From Rhabdothermincola salaria (GTDB lineage Bacteria; Actinomycetota; Acidimicrobiia; Acidimicrobiales; Acidimicrobilacustridaceae), in assembly GCF_021246445.1 (NCBI RefSeq), contig NZ_JAJQXW010000004.1, forward strand, positions 186,001 through 250,000: DNA of 64,000 nucleotides. The letters run 5' to 3'. Under the pieces are notes generated by a model. It was not told where the DNA came from. It ran no database searches and saw only the letters and a program-made list of their open reading frames with translations. The position numbers and the translations under genes were made by a program. How positions within the stretch are numbered: position 1 is the first letter of the stretch; each line of letters starts with the position of its first letter. Below are positions 20,103 through 29,688 of the stretch, one piece after another.

Positions 20103-21193
20103 GCGCCCTGCCGAGCCTCGGGGCCGTGGTCGACCACCACCGCATCGTGGTGTGCACCGGCTCCGGCGGCGTCGGCAAGACCACCACGGCCGCGGTGGTG
20201 GCCATGGAGGCGGCCCGGCGAGGACGGCGGGCATGCGTCGTCACCATCGACCCCGCCCGCCGGTTGGCCAACGCCATGGGGCTGGCCGGCCTCACCGACA
20301 CCGCCACCCGGGTCGACGGCCCCTGGCCGGGCGAGCTGTGGGCCCTGATGCTCGACACCAAGTCCACCTTCGACGCCCTCGTGGCCAAGCACGCCGGCGA
20401 CCCCGACCAGGCCCAGGCCATCCTCTCCAACCGCTTCTATCGCAACATCTCCGGCGCCCTCTCGGGCACCCAGGAGTACATGGCGATGGAGAAGCTCTAC
20501 GAGCTGCACCACGAGGGCGGCTACGACGTGGTCGTGGTCGACACGCCGCCCACCCGCAACGCCCTCGACTTCCTCGAGGCCCCCCGTCGCCTCACCCGGT
20601 TCCTCGACCACCGCCTCTACAAGCTGCTGATGACCCCGACCAGGGGGCTGGCCCGCGCCGTGAACGTGGCCGCCCAGGCGTTCCTGCGCACCGTGTCCAA
20701 GGTGGTGGGCGGCGACGTGGTGGCCGACTCCATCGAGTTCTTCACCGCCTTCGACGGCATGGAGGCCGGCTTCAGCGAGCGCGCCGACGCCGTGGTCGAG
20801 CTGCTCACCCACGACGAGACGGCGTTCGTGCTGGTGACCGCCCCCCGCCGCGACGTGGTCGAGGAGGCCACCTTCTTCGCCGAGAAGCTGCACGAGGCCG
20901 ACATCCCGGTGCGGGCCCTCGTCGTGAACCGGGTCCACCCCCACTTCACCGATGCCCCGGCCGACACCCTCAGGATGCGCGCGGCCACCCACGCCGGCTC
21001 CGACCTCGGTGAGCTCTACGCCAACCTGGCCGAGTTCGCCACCGTGGCCGCCAGCGAGGACGGCCACCTCCACGGCCTCTCGACCCGAGTGGCCCCGGCC
21101 CCGGTCGTCAAGGTGCCGTTCCTCGACACCGACGTCCACGATCTCGAGGGCCTGGCCCGCATCGCCCGCCACCTCTTCCCCGAGGATCGCTGA
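20099..21193 (+). CDS. ArsA/Get3-family ATPase (Rv3680-like)
   Basis: GSGGVGKTT, TIDPARRLA, GTQEYMAMEKL, DTPPTRNALDFL; ATGA overlap. Confidence 0.92.
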   Translation: MSALPSLGAVVDHHRIVVCTGSGGVGKTTTAAVVAMEAARRGRRACVVTIDPARRLANAMGLAGLTDTATRVDGPWPGELWALMLDTKSTFDALVAKHAGDPDQAQAILSNRFYRNISGALSGTQEYMAMEKLYELHHEGGYDVVVVDTPPTRNALDFLEAPRRLTRFLDHRLYKLLMTPTRGLARAVNVAAQAFLRTVSKVVGGDVVADSIEFFTAFDGMEAGFSERADAVVELLTHDETAFVLVTAPRRDVVEEATFFAEKLHEADIPVRALVVNRVHPHFTDAPADTLRMRAATHAGSDLGELYANLAEFATVAASEDGHLHGLSTRVAPAPVVKVPFLDTDVHDLEGLARIARHLFPEDR

Positions 21194-21246
21194 GCGGCCT
21201 GCGGCTGCAGTTGCGGCGCAGGCGACCCCACCACCGACGACCCTGG

Positions 21247-21591
21247 TCAGTCGACGGGGTCGAGCAGGGCGGCCTCGGCGGCCTCGACGGTGTCGGCCAC
21301 CGCCACGATGCGATCGAAGCCGGTCGTGTGCAACAAGCGGGTGAGGGTCGGGCGGCTGCAGGCCACCGTGACCTCGCCGTCGGCCTCGCGAGCCCGGCGG
21401 ATGCCACCGATCAGCGCACCGAGGCCGGAGGAGTCCATGAACGGCACGTCGGAGAGGTCGATCAGCAGCCGCGGGCTGGAGGCCAGCTCGGCCAGCGCCT
21501 CGCGGAAGGCGCCGACGGTGTAGGCGTCGAGCTCCCCCACCGGGCGGCACAGCGTGTACTGCCCGGTGTGCTCCACCGTGATCTCCAGCAA
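21247..21591 (-). CDS. STAS-domain anti-sigma-factor antagonist
   Basis: GELDAYT, DLSDVPFMDSSGLGAL with phosphorylatable Ser; TTG start with GGAGG RBS. Confidence 0.92.
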   Translation of the reverse strand: MLEITVEHTGQYTLCRPVGELDAYTVGAFREALAELASSPRLLIDLSDVPFMDSSGLGALIGGIRRAREADGEVTVACSRPTLTRLLHTTGFDRIVAVADTVEAAEAALLDPVD

Positions 21592-21729
21592 CGAACAACC
21601 CTCCGCACGACGACGTCCGGCGCCAGGACCGGTGGAGGACCGATGGTAGCGGCGGGCCGGGGGCAGGACCACCGTCGGGCGAGGTGGTCGGTTGGGTGGG
21701 CGAGCCGCGCCCGACTACCCTCTCGCAGC

Positions 21730-22161
21730 GTGCCGACCGTGCTCCTCGCCACCGATGCCGACTGGATCTTCGACGAGGTCGACGCCGCCTTGGGCGACGC
21801 CGACACCACCGTCTACCGGGTGCGGGCCGGCATCGATGTCCTGGGCGCCATCGACGAGGTCGCGCCCGATCTCGTCGTGCTCGACCAGCAGATCGGCAAC
21901 ATGGGCGGCATGGCCACCTGCATGGCCATCCGCAACGCCGAGGGCATCGATCGCATCCCGATCACGGCGGTGCTGATGCTGCTCGACCGGGGCCACGACG
22001 CCTTCCTGGCCCGGCGCCACGATGCCGACGGCTACCTGGTGAAGCCGGTCGACGCCTTCCGTCTCCGCCGGGCGGCCACCACCCTCCTGGCCGGCGAGAG
22101 CTGGTTCGAGGAGATCGACCCGGTCTCCAGCCAGCCGGCCGATCTCACCCTCCGCGGGTGA
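21730..22161 (+). CDS. Stand-alone receiver-domain response regulator
   Basis: PDLVVLDQQIGNMGG, ADGYLVKP; no output domain. Confidence 0.82.
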   Translation: MPTVLLATDADWIFDEVDAALGDADTTVYRVRAGIDVLGAIDEVAPDLVVLDQQIGNMGGMATCMAIRNAEGIDRIPITAVLMLLDRGHDAFLARRHDADGYLVKPVDAFRLRRAATTLLAGESWFEEIDPVSSQPADLTLRG

Positions 22162-22222
22162 CCGCAGGGCCCTTCCGGGATTCGTGGGCCATCCGCAGCG
22201 TCGGGTAGGCTCGTCCCTTCTT

Positions 22223-22299
<77 letters not shown>

Positions 22300-22300
22300 C

Positions 22301-22331
22301 CCGCCCCGCCTCGTGCGGGGCGGTTCCCTTT
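22301..22331 (+). terminator. Intrinsic terminator after tRNA-Pro
   Basis: ccgccccgc-ctcgt-gcggggcgg stem followed by ttcccttt. Confidence 0.7.
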
Positions 22332-22469
22332 CCGACGTCGGACCGCGCGCCGACTTCCGACCGGCGGTGGCACCCGGTCCGATGCGGGATCCCACGCGGT
22401 GTCGGACGCGGCGTCGGACGCGACGGGGGGCGGTTCGACCCGGCCCGACGGGGCCGCCATCATGGCCCG

Positions 22470-22724
22470 GTGACCCTCATCGAGCTGCAGGCCCTGATGG
22501 ACCGCCTCTACGGCGAGGCCGACCGCGACCGGGGCCTCGCCCCCACGGTGGCCTGGCTGTGCGAGGAGATGGGTGAGCTGGCCCAGGCCGTGCGCAAGGG
22601 CAGCACCGAGGAGCAGCTCCACGAGCTGGGCGACGTGCTGGCCTGGCTGGCCTCGTTGGCCAACCAGCTGGGCCTCAGCCTCGACGAGGCGATGGTGCGC
22701 TACACCCTCGATCCGCCGCCCTGA
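22470..22724 (+). CDS. MazG-like nucleotide pyrophosphohydrolase
   Basis: WLCEEMGELAQAVRK...HELGDVLAWLASLAN. Confidence 0.88.
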   Translation: MTLIELQALMDRLYGEADRDRGLAPTVAWLCEEMGELAQAVRKGSTEEQLHELGDVLAWLASLANQLGLSLDEAMVRYTLDPPP

Positions 22725-22740
22725 GCGCGGGCGGGGCCGG

Positions 22741-23775
<1,035 letters not shown>

Positions 23776-23844
23776 TTACCGGGAGCGCCCACGAGGTCCC
23801 TCCCCGGTTCCGGCCAGGGGCATCGTCCGGCCGCCGGGCGGGGC

Positions 23845-25077
23845 TCAATCGATGTAGGCGGGGCCCTCGTCGAGGCGGAAGCCGTCGTGGAGGACCTGGA
23901 TGGCCTGCTCGGCCTGCTCGACGGCCACGACGACCGAGATGCGGATGGCCGAGCTGGCGATCATCAAGATGTTGATGTCGTGGGCGGCGAGGGTCTCGAA
24001 CACGGTGGCCGCCACCCCGGGGTGGGTCTTCATGCCGGCCCCGATGACGCTGATCCGGGCGATGTCGGGATCGCCGGTGACCTCGTCGGCGCCCACGGCA
24101 GCCGCCTCGCGCTCGCACACGGCCATGGCCGTGGCCAGCTCGTCGTCGGGCACCGTGAAGGAGATGTCGGTCCGGCCCGCCTCGGAGGTGTTCTGGACGA
24201 TGAGGTCGACGCTCACCTGCTCGCCGGCCAACGCCCGGAAGACGCGGGCGGCGATGCCGGGGCGGTCCTCCACACCACCGATGGTGACCTTGGCGTCCGA
24301 GGCGTCGTGCACGACCGCCGAGACGATGGCCTGCTCCATGTCGTCGTCCTCCTTGGTGACACGCGTGCCGGGCTCCCACGTGAACGCGGAGCGCACGTGG
24401 AGGTCGACACCGTGGGTGCGGGCGTACTCGACGGACCGCATGGCCGGCTTGGGACAGCCGTTGGCCGTCATCTCCATCAGCTCGTCGAAGCTGATGGTGG
24501 TGAGCTTGCGGGCGTCGTCGACGACCCGGGGATCGGTGGTGAACACGCCGGACACGTCGGTGTAGAGCTCGCAGACGTCGGCGCCGAGGGCGTGGGCCAG
24601 CGCCACCGCGGTGGTGTCGGAGCCGCCGCGGCCGAGGAAGGTGATGTTGCGCTCGGGCGAGATGCCCTGCGCCCCACCGACGACGGCGACCGACCCCCGA
24701 TCGAGCGCCTCTCGCACCCGTTCGGGCCGGACGTCGACGATCTTGGCGTCCATGTGGGTGGAGTCGGTGAGGAACCCCGCCTGGGAGCCGGTGAAGGACT
24801 CCGCCGGTACGCCGCGGTCGGCGATGGCCATGCACAGCAGCGACATGGCCTTGCGCTCGCCGGCGGTGATCAACATGTCCATCTCCCGCCCCGGGCGGGT
24901 TTCGGACACCTCACGGGCCAGGCGCAGGAGCTCGTCGGTCTCCTTGCCCATGGCGGAGATGACGACCACGACCTGGTTGCCCCTGCGGACCGTGCGAGCA
25001 ACGTGGTCGGCCACGGCGCGCATGCGCTCGGGATCGGCCACCGACGTGCCACCGAACTTCTGAACCAGGAGAGCCAC
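23845..25077 (-). CDS. ask: Aspartate kinase
   Basis: VQKFGGTSV, LGRGGSDTTAVALA, YTDVSGVFTTDPR, two ACT domains; GTG start at 25077. Confidence 0.96.
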   Translation of the reverse strand: MALLVQKFGGTSVADPERMRAVADHVARTVRRGNQVVVVISAMGKETDELLRLAREVSETRPGREMDMLITAGERKAMSLLCMAIADRGVPAESFTGSQAGFLTDSTHMDAKIVDVRPERVREALDRGSVAVVGGAQGISPERNITFLGRGGSDTTAVALAHALGADVCELYTDVSGVFTTDPRVVDDARKLTTISFDELMEMTANGCPKPAMRSVEYARTHGVDLHVRSAFTWEPGTRVTKEDDDMEQAIVSAVVHDASDAKVTIGGVEDRPGIAARVFRALAGEQVSVDLIVQNTSEAGRTDISFTVPDDELATAMAVCEREAAAVGADEVTGDPDIARISVIGAGMKTHPGVAATVFETLAAHDINILMIASSAIRISVVVAVEQAEQAIQVLHDGFRLDEGPAYID

Positions 25078-25150
25078 GGCGCTCCACGCTACCGGTCTCG
25101 GCAGGGCGCTCCCGAATCCCCACGTCACGGGCGGTACCGTCGGAGGCGCC

Positions 25151-25999
25151 ATGGCCCCGACCTCCCGACGCACCCACGACCCCTCCCGCCGACCCGCCGC
25201 CGAGGCGACCGCTCAGCGCCGGCGGGCCTCGCTGCGCAAGAAGCGCATCGTCGCCATCATCATCGCCGGCGCCCTCGTGCTGTCCACCGTCGCCGGGGTG
25301 ATCGCCGCCTCCACGTCCACCACCACGGACTCGACGGCCCCGACCTCCACCACCCTCCCCACCACCACGGAGGTGCCGGCCACGGGCATCGAGCCGACGG
25401 GCGCGCCGAGGGGAGAGGCCCTCACCGGGGCCACGCCGTGCCCCCCGGTCGACGGCTCCGCGGTGCGCACCACCTCGTTCGCCGAGCCCCCGCCGATGTG
25501 CATCGACCCGACCCGCTTCCACACCGCGGTGGTGACCACCGATGCCGGGGCCCTCACCTTCCAGCTCAACCCGCAGCGGGCGCCGGAGTCGGTGAACGCC
25601 TTCGTGGTCCTGGCCCGCTACGGCTTCTACGACGATGCCCCGATCACCGCTATCGCCCCGCGCGGCTGGTTCGAGGCCGGCGGGCTGCTCGCCGGCGACG
25701 GACCCCCGGCCGGCTTCACCATCCCCGACGAGGCACCCCCGCAGGGCCAGATCTTCACGCCCGGCACCATCGCCATGGTCGGCGACGCCGGCACCGCCGG
25801 ACCCAACAGGGGGGCGTTCCTGGTGGCCACCTTCGAGAACGCCCCCGCCATCGACCAGGGCGTCTCGTCGTTCGGCATCCTCCTCGACGGCACCGCCACC
25901 CTGGCAGCCATCGACGCCGCGGCAACGGCCGACGGGCGGCCGGCGCGGCCGATCACCATCGAGTCGGTCACCGTCACCGAGAGCGACCCCATCCCGTGA
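25151..25999 (+). CDS. Membrane-anchored cyclophilin-like protein (degenerate active site)
   Basis: Basic N-terminus, TM helix, Thr-rich linker, APESVNAFVVLARYGFYD. Confidence 0.8.
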   Translation: MAPTSRRTHDPSRRPAAEATAQRRRASLRKKRIVAIIIAGALVLSTVAGVIAASTSTTTDSTAPTSTTLPTTTEVPATGIEPTGAPRGEALTGATPCPPVDGSAVRTTSFAEPPPMCIDPTRFHTAVVTTDAGALTFQLNPQRAPESVNAFVVLARYGFYDDAPITAIAPRGWFEAGGLLAGDGPPAGFTIPDEAPPQGQIFTPGTIAMVGDAGTAGPNRGAFLVATFENAPAIDQGVSSFGILLDGTATLAAIDAAATADGRPARPITIESVTVTESDPIP

Positions 26000-26091
26000 G
26001 GCGCCTGGGCCCAGGTTCCCCGGGCCGGAGCTCGCGGGGCGAGGCACCCGCGGCCGATCTGCCGGGTGCGCCGCGGTAGCGTCCCGGCCCG

Positions 26092-26949
26092 ATGGGAACC
26101 TCCAAGCGTGAACGTCAAAAGGCCGGCCACCAGGCTCGCCAGTCGGCCATCGCCCGGGCCGAGGCGGCGGCGGCGCGTCGGCGGCGCTACGTCCAGGCCG
26201 GGGTGCTCGCCCTGTTCGTCCTCGTGGTGATCGGCGGCGCCGTGGTGCTGTCGAACCGCGACGACGGCTCCGACACCGCCGCCCCGACGACCACCGTCGA
26301 CCCGCAGGCCGGCACGCCCGTCGAGCTGCCGACGCCGCCGGGACCCGGTGCCACGATCGAAGGCGAGACCCCGTGCCCCGAGGCCGACGGCTCGTCGGAG
26401 CGCACCACGTCGTTCAGCGCCGCCCCGCCGATGTGCATCGACCCGGCCAGCAGCTACACCGCTCGCTTCGACACCAGCGCCGGGCCGATCAGCGTGGAGC
26501 TCGATGCCGCCTCGAACCCCGAGACGGTCAACAACTTCGTGGTGCTGGCCCGCTACCACTACTACGACGACACGGCCATCTTCCGGGCCGACCGGAGCAT
26601 CGAGATCATCCAGGGTGGGGCGCCCACCACCAACAGCGCCAGCGACCCCGGCCCGGGCTACACGATCGCCGACGAGGGGGGGCCCTACACCTACGAGCCC
26701 GGTCAGCTGGTCATGGCCCGCACCGCGGCGGAGGACTCCGCCGGCGCCCAGTTCTTCTTCACCGCCGGCCCCGCCTCCTCGGCGCTCGACAGCCAGGGCA
26801 CGTACGTCGTCTTCGGCACCACCGACGAGGCGGGCCTGGCCGTCGTCCAGCAGATCCTGGCTTCGGCGGTCGACGACCCCACCAGCGGCCTGGGCGGCAC
26901 CCCGGACCCGCCCGTGGTGATCGAGGGCATCGAGATCACCGAGTCCTGA
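26092..26949 (+). CDS. Membrane-anchored cyclophilin-type peptidyl-prolyl isomerase
   Basis: TVNNFVVLARYHYYD, IFR, IQGG, PGYTIADE, MAR, GAQFF, YVVFG. Confidence 0.9.
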   Translation: MGTSKRERQKAGHQARQSAIARAEAAAARRRRYVQAGVLALFVLVVIGGAVVLSNRDDGSDTAAPTTTVDPQAGTPVELPTPPGPGATIEGETPCPEADGSSERTTSFSAAPPMCIDPASSYTARFDTSAGPISVELDAASNPETVNNFVVLARYHYYDDTAIFRADRSIEIIQGGAPTTNSASDPGPGYTIADEGGPYTYEPGQLVMARTAAEDSAGAQFFFTAGPASSALDSQGTYVVFGTTDEAGLAVVQQILASAVDDPTSGLGGTPDPPVVIEGIEITES

Positions 26950-26991
26950 CGGAGGTGCGCCCCGGCCCGGCGGCGACGCCCGGGCGCCCCG

Positions 26992-27666
26992 TCAGAGGGT
27001 GTCGGCGGGGAGGTCGGCGAGGGTGGCCTGGTGGCCGCCGTGGTGCACGGTGACGAGCCCGTCGCCGATGCTGCGCCACGTGCCGTCGGGGTCGCGCACG
27101 ATCCCGGAGCGCTCCGGGAGGCTCACCAGGTGCAACGACGGGGGGGCCAGCTCGACGGTGCGGCGGACCTTGTCCGGTGACCAGGTGTCGGCGCGGGGGA
27201 TGACGGCCACGCCGGGCACGACGCCGAGGCCCACGGTGAAGGCCCCGCCCCGGGTGTCGACCATGGGATCGCAGAGCACGTCGGCCCCGGCCCCGCTGCC
27301 GGCCAGCACGGCGCCGTCGTGCCAGGCGTCGACCAGCGCGGTGAACAGCGGCGTGTCCTTGAGCACCGAGCGCAGGTGCATGGGAGAGGTGCCCACCATG
27401 TACACGAAGCGGGCTCGACGGATGACCTCGACGTGCTCGGCGACGAGAGCGTCGGCCCGGCTGTAGACGGGCACCTCGCGCACTTCGGCCCCGAGGTCGC
27501 CGAACCAGCTGGTGGCCGCCTCCACCGCCCGCTGGGGCCCCTCGTAGGCGAGGCCGGTGGGGAGCAGGGCGACCTCGGCGCCGCCCGAGGCCTCGAGCAG
27601 CTCGGTGTCGAACTCGCAACCGGCGGTGAACTCGCCGCCACCGACGAGGGCCAGCAGGCCGGTCAT
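26992..27666 (-). CDS. Peptidase S51 / cyanophycinase-like protein (probably inactive)
   Basis: LALVGGGEF, LLPT, LAGSGAGA, GLGVV; ATG at 27666 with GGAGG RBS. Confidence 0.75.
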   Translation of the reverse strand: MTGLLALVGGGEFTAGCEFDTELLEASGGAEVALLPTGLAYEGPQRAVEAATSWFGDLGAEVREVPVYSRADALVAEHVEVIRRARFVYMVGTSPMHLRSVLKDTPLFTALVDAWHDGAVLAGSGAGADVLCDPMVDTRGGAFTVGLGVVPGVAVIPRADTWSPDKVRRTVELAPPSLHLVSLPERSGIVRDPDGTWRSIGDGLVTVHHGGHQATLADLPADTL

Positions 27667-27839
27667 CGCGACCCCTCCCACCCTCGGTTCGGGGTTCCCG
27701 GTCGAACCCCGCCGCTCTCGCTCACACCGATCGACATCACGGCCCTTTCCGACTCGCTCGTACCGACAGTCTGGCCCGTCGGGCGGCTCCCGCCCGCCGG
27801 CCGTCACCTCGCCGGGCCCGATGGCCCTGGACCCTCGAA

Positions 27840-27855
27840 CCTACCGACCGGTAAC
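27840..27855. promoter_or_regulatory. Putative palindromic operator upstream of hbd
   Basis: TACCG-AC-CGGTA palindrome overlapping a TAACAT -10-like hexamer; near-identical site upstream of meaA. Confidence 0.5.
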
Positions 27856-27904
27856 ATGCGGGAGCACGCAGGCGACGGAACCTGCGCGGGGAAGGGAACT
27901 CGTC

Positions 27905-28762
27905 ATGGCGATCGCACGCATCGGCATCATCGGATCCGGGATCATGGGCTCGGGCATCGCCGAGGTGGCCGCCACCTCGGGCATCGAGGTCGTCCTGCGG
28001 AGTCGCCAGCGGGCCTCCGCCGACGCCATGGTGGCCGCCCTCGAGAAGTCCCTGAACCGGCAGGTGGAGAAGGGGCGCCGCCAGGCCGACGATGCCGCGG
28101 CCGCCTTGGCCCGGGTCACCGCCACCGATTCGCTGGCCGCGCTGGCCGACTGCGACCTGGTGATCGAGTCGGTGGTCGAGGACCTCGACGTGAAGAAGGC
28201 CCTCTTCGCCGAGCTCGACGGCATCTGCGCCCCCGGCACCATCCTCGCCACCAACACCTCGACCCTCCCGGTGGTCGAGATGGCGATGACCACCGAACGC
28301 CCCGACCGGGTGTGCGGAGTCCACTTCTTCAACCCGGCACCGGCCATGAGCCTGGTCGAGATCGTCCGTCCCCTCACCGCCAGCGACGACACCATCGCCC
28401 AGGCCCGGGCCTTCGCCGAGGCGTGCGGCAAGGACGCCGTGGAGGTGAAGGACCGGGCCGGCTTCATCGTGAACGCCCTGCTGTTCCCGTACCTCAACAA
28501 CGCGGTGCGCATGCTCGAGAGCGGCACGGCCAGCCGTGACGACATCGACACCGCCATGAAGGGCGGCTGCAACTTCCCGATGGGGCCCCTCGCCCTGCTC
28601 GACCTGGTCGGGTTGGACACGTCGCTGGCCATCCTCGACGCCCTCTACGACGAGTTCCGCGACCCCAACTACGCGGCCATGCCCCTGCTGCGGCGCATGG
28701 TCACCGCCGGCCACCTCGGCCGGAAGTCCGGTCGGGGCTTCTACGACTACGCCACGCGCTGA
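27905..28762 (+). CDS. hbd: 3-hydroxybutyryl-CoA dehydrogenase
   Basis: GSGIMGSGIA, ESVVE, ATNTSTL, GVHFFNP, GFIVN, PMGPLALLDLVGLD, LGRKSGRGFY. Confidence 0.9.
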   Translation: MAIARIGIIGSGIMGSGIAEVAATSGIEVVLRSRQRASADAMVAALEKSLNRQVEKGRRQADDAAAALARVTATDSLAALADCDLVIESVVEDLDVKKALFAELDGICAPGTILATNTSTLPVVEMAMTTERPDRVCGVHFFNPAPAMSLVEIVRPLTASDDTIAQARAFAEACGKDAVEVKDRAGFIVNALLFPYLNNAVRMLESGTASRDDIDTAMKGGCNFPMGPLALLDLVGLDTSLAILDALYDEFRDPNYAAMPLLRRMVTAGHLGRKSGRGFYDYATR

Positions 28763-28851
28763 CCCGATCCCCGCGCCGAGCCCACCCGACTCGGGAGCGA
28801 GCCTCGCCCGCCCGGCTCGACCACCCCGGCCGGGCGGGTAGAACGAGGGGC

Positions 28852-29520
28852 GTGCCCGTCGAGCCGCCCCGCACCCCGTGGGAGTTCCCCGATCTGGCCG
28901 ACGTGCCCGGGGGCGACGACCTGGTGGCCGTCGGTGCCGACCTCGAGCCGGGCACCCTCGTGGCCGCCTACCGCCACGGGTTGTTCCCCATGCCGCTGTC
29001 CGGACACCGGGCCATGGCCTGGTGGTCGCCGGACCCACGGGGCGTGCTGCCCCTCGACGGCCTCCGGGTCACCCGGTCGCTGCGACGTTCGCAGCGGCGC
29101 TACGAGGTCCGCGTCGACACCGCCTTCGACGACGTCGTCGAGGCCTGCGCCGACCCGGCCCGCGACGGAGGATGGATCTCCGACGAGATCCGCCGGGCCT
29201 ACGCACGCCTGCACGAGCTGGGCTGGGCCCACTCGGTGGAGACGTGGGACCCGGCCACCGGCACCCTCGTCGGCGGCCTCTACGGCGTGCACGTCGACGG
29301 CCTCTTCGCCGGGGAGTCGATGTTCCACCGTGCCCCCGACGCGTCCAAGGTGGCCCTCGTCGCCCTCGTCGAGCACCTCCGATCCATCGGCGTCGTGCTC
29401 CTCGACGTGCAGTGGCTCACCGACCACCTCACCAGCCTCGGCGCCGTCGAGATCCCCCGCGTCGACTACCTCGCCCGCCTCCGACAGGCACTCGACACCA
29501 CCACCGCGCCCTTCGCCTGA
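28852..29520 (+). CDS. aat: Leucyl/phenylalanyl-tRNA--protein transferase
   Basis: AYRHGLFPM, WWSPDPRGVL, AHSVETW, GGLYGV, FAGESMFH, DASKVAL. Confidence 0.96.
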   Translation: MPVEPPRTPWEFPDLADVPGGDDLVAVGADLEPGTLVAAYRHGLFPMPLSGHRAMAWWSPDPRGVLPLDGLRVTRSLRRSQRRYEVRVDTAFDDVVEACADPARDGGWISDEIRRAYARLHELGWAHSVETWDPATGTLVGGLYGVHVDGLFAGESMFHRAPDASKVALVALVEHLRSIGVVLLDVQWLTDHLTSLGAVEIPRVDYLARLRQALDTTTAPFA

Positions 29521-29632
29521 GCGGGCCTTCCCCGAGATGTCCCGCGGCCTTCGACGTGGACGCCCGGCCCTGTCGGCTCCTGTGTCGACGTCGCCGGGCG
29601 AGGTCGACGGGACCACAGGGTCCCCCATGCGA

Positions 29633-29648
29633 GTTACCGGACGGTCAT
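29633..29648. promoter_or_regulatory. Putative palindromic operator upstream of meaA
   Basis: GTTACCGGACGGTCAT; 12 of 13 core bases are shared with the reverse complement of the hbd site. Confidence 0.5.
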
Positions 29649-29688
29649 CGTTGTGACAGCGGGGCCGATCTTGGGGAACGATTGGGAG

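Noticed and set aside
27813..27828. Second DosR-like box CGGGCCCGATGGCCCT near hbd
   Set aside because: Only the G/C arms match; such patterns are expected by chance at this GC content
29521..29688. Cobalamin riboswitch upstream of meaA
   Set aside because: No recognisable B12-box or conserved core by eye; an Rfam search would settle it
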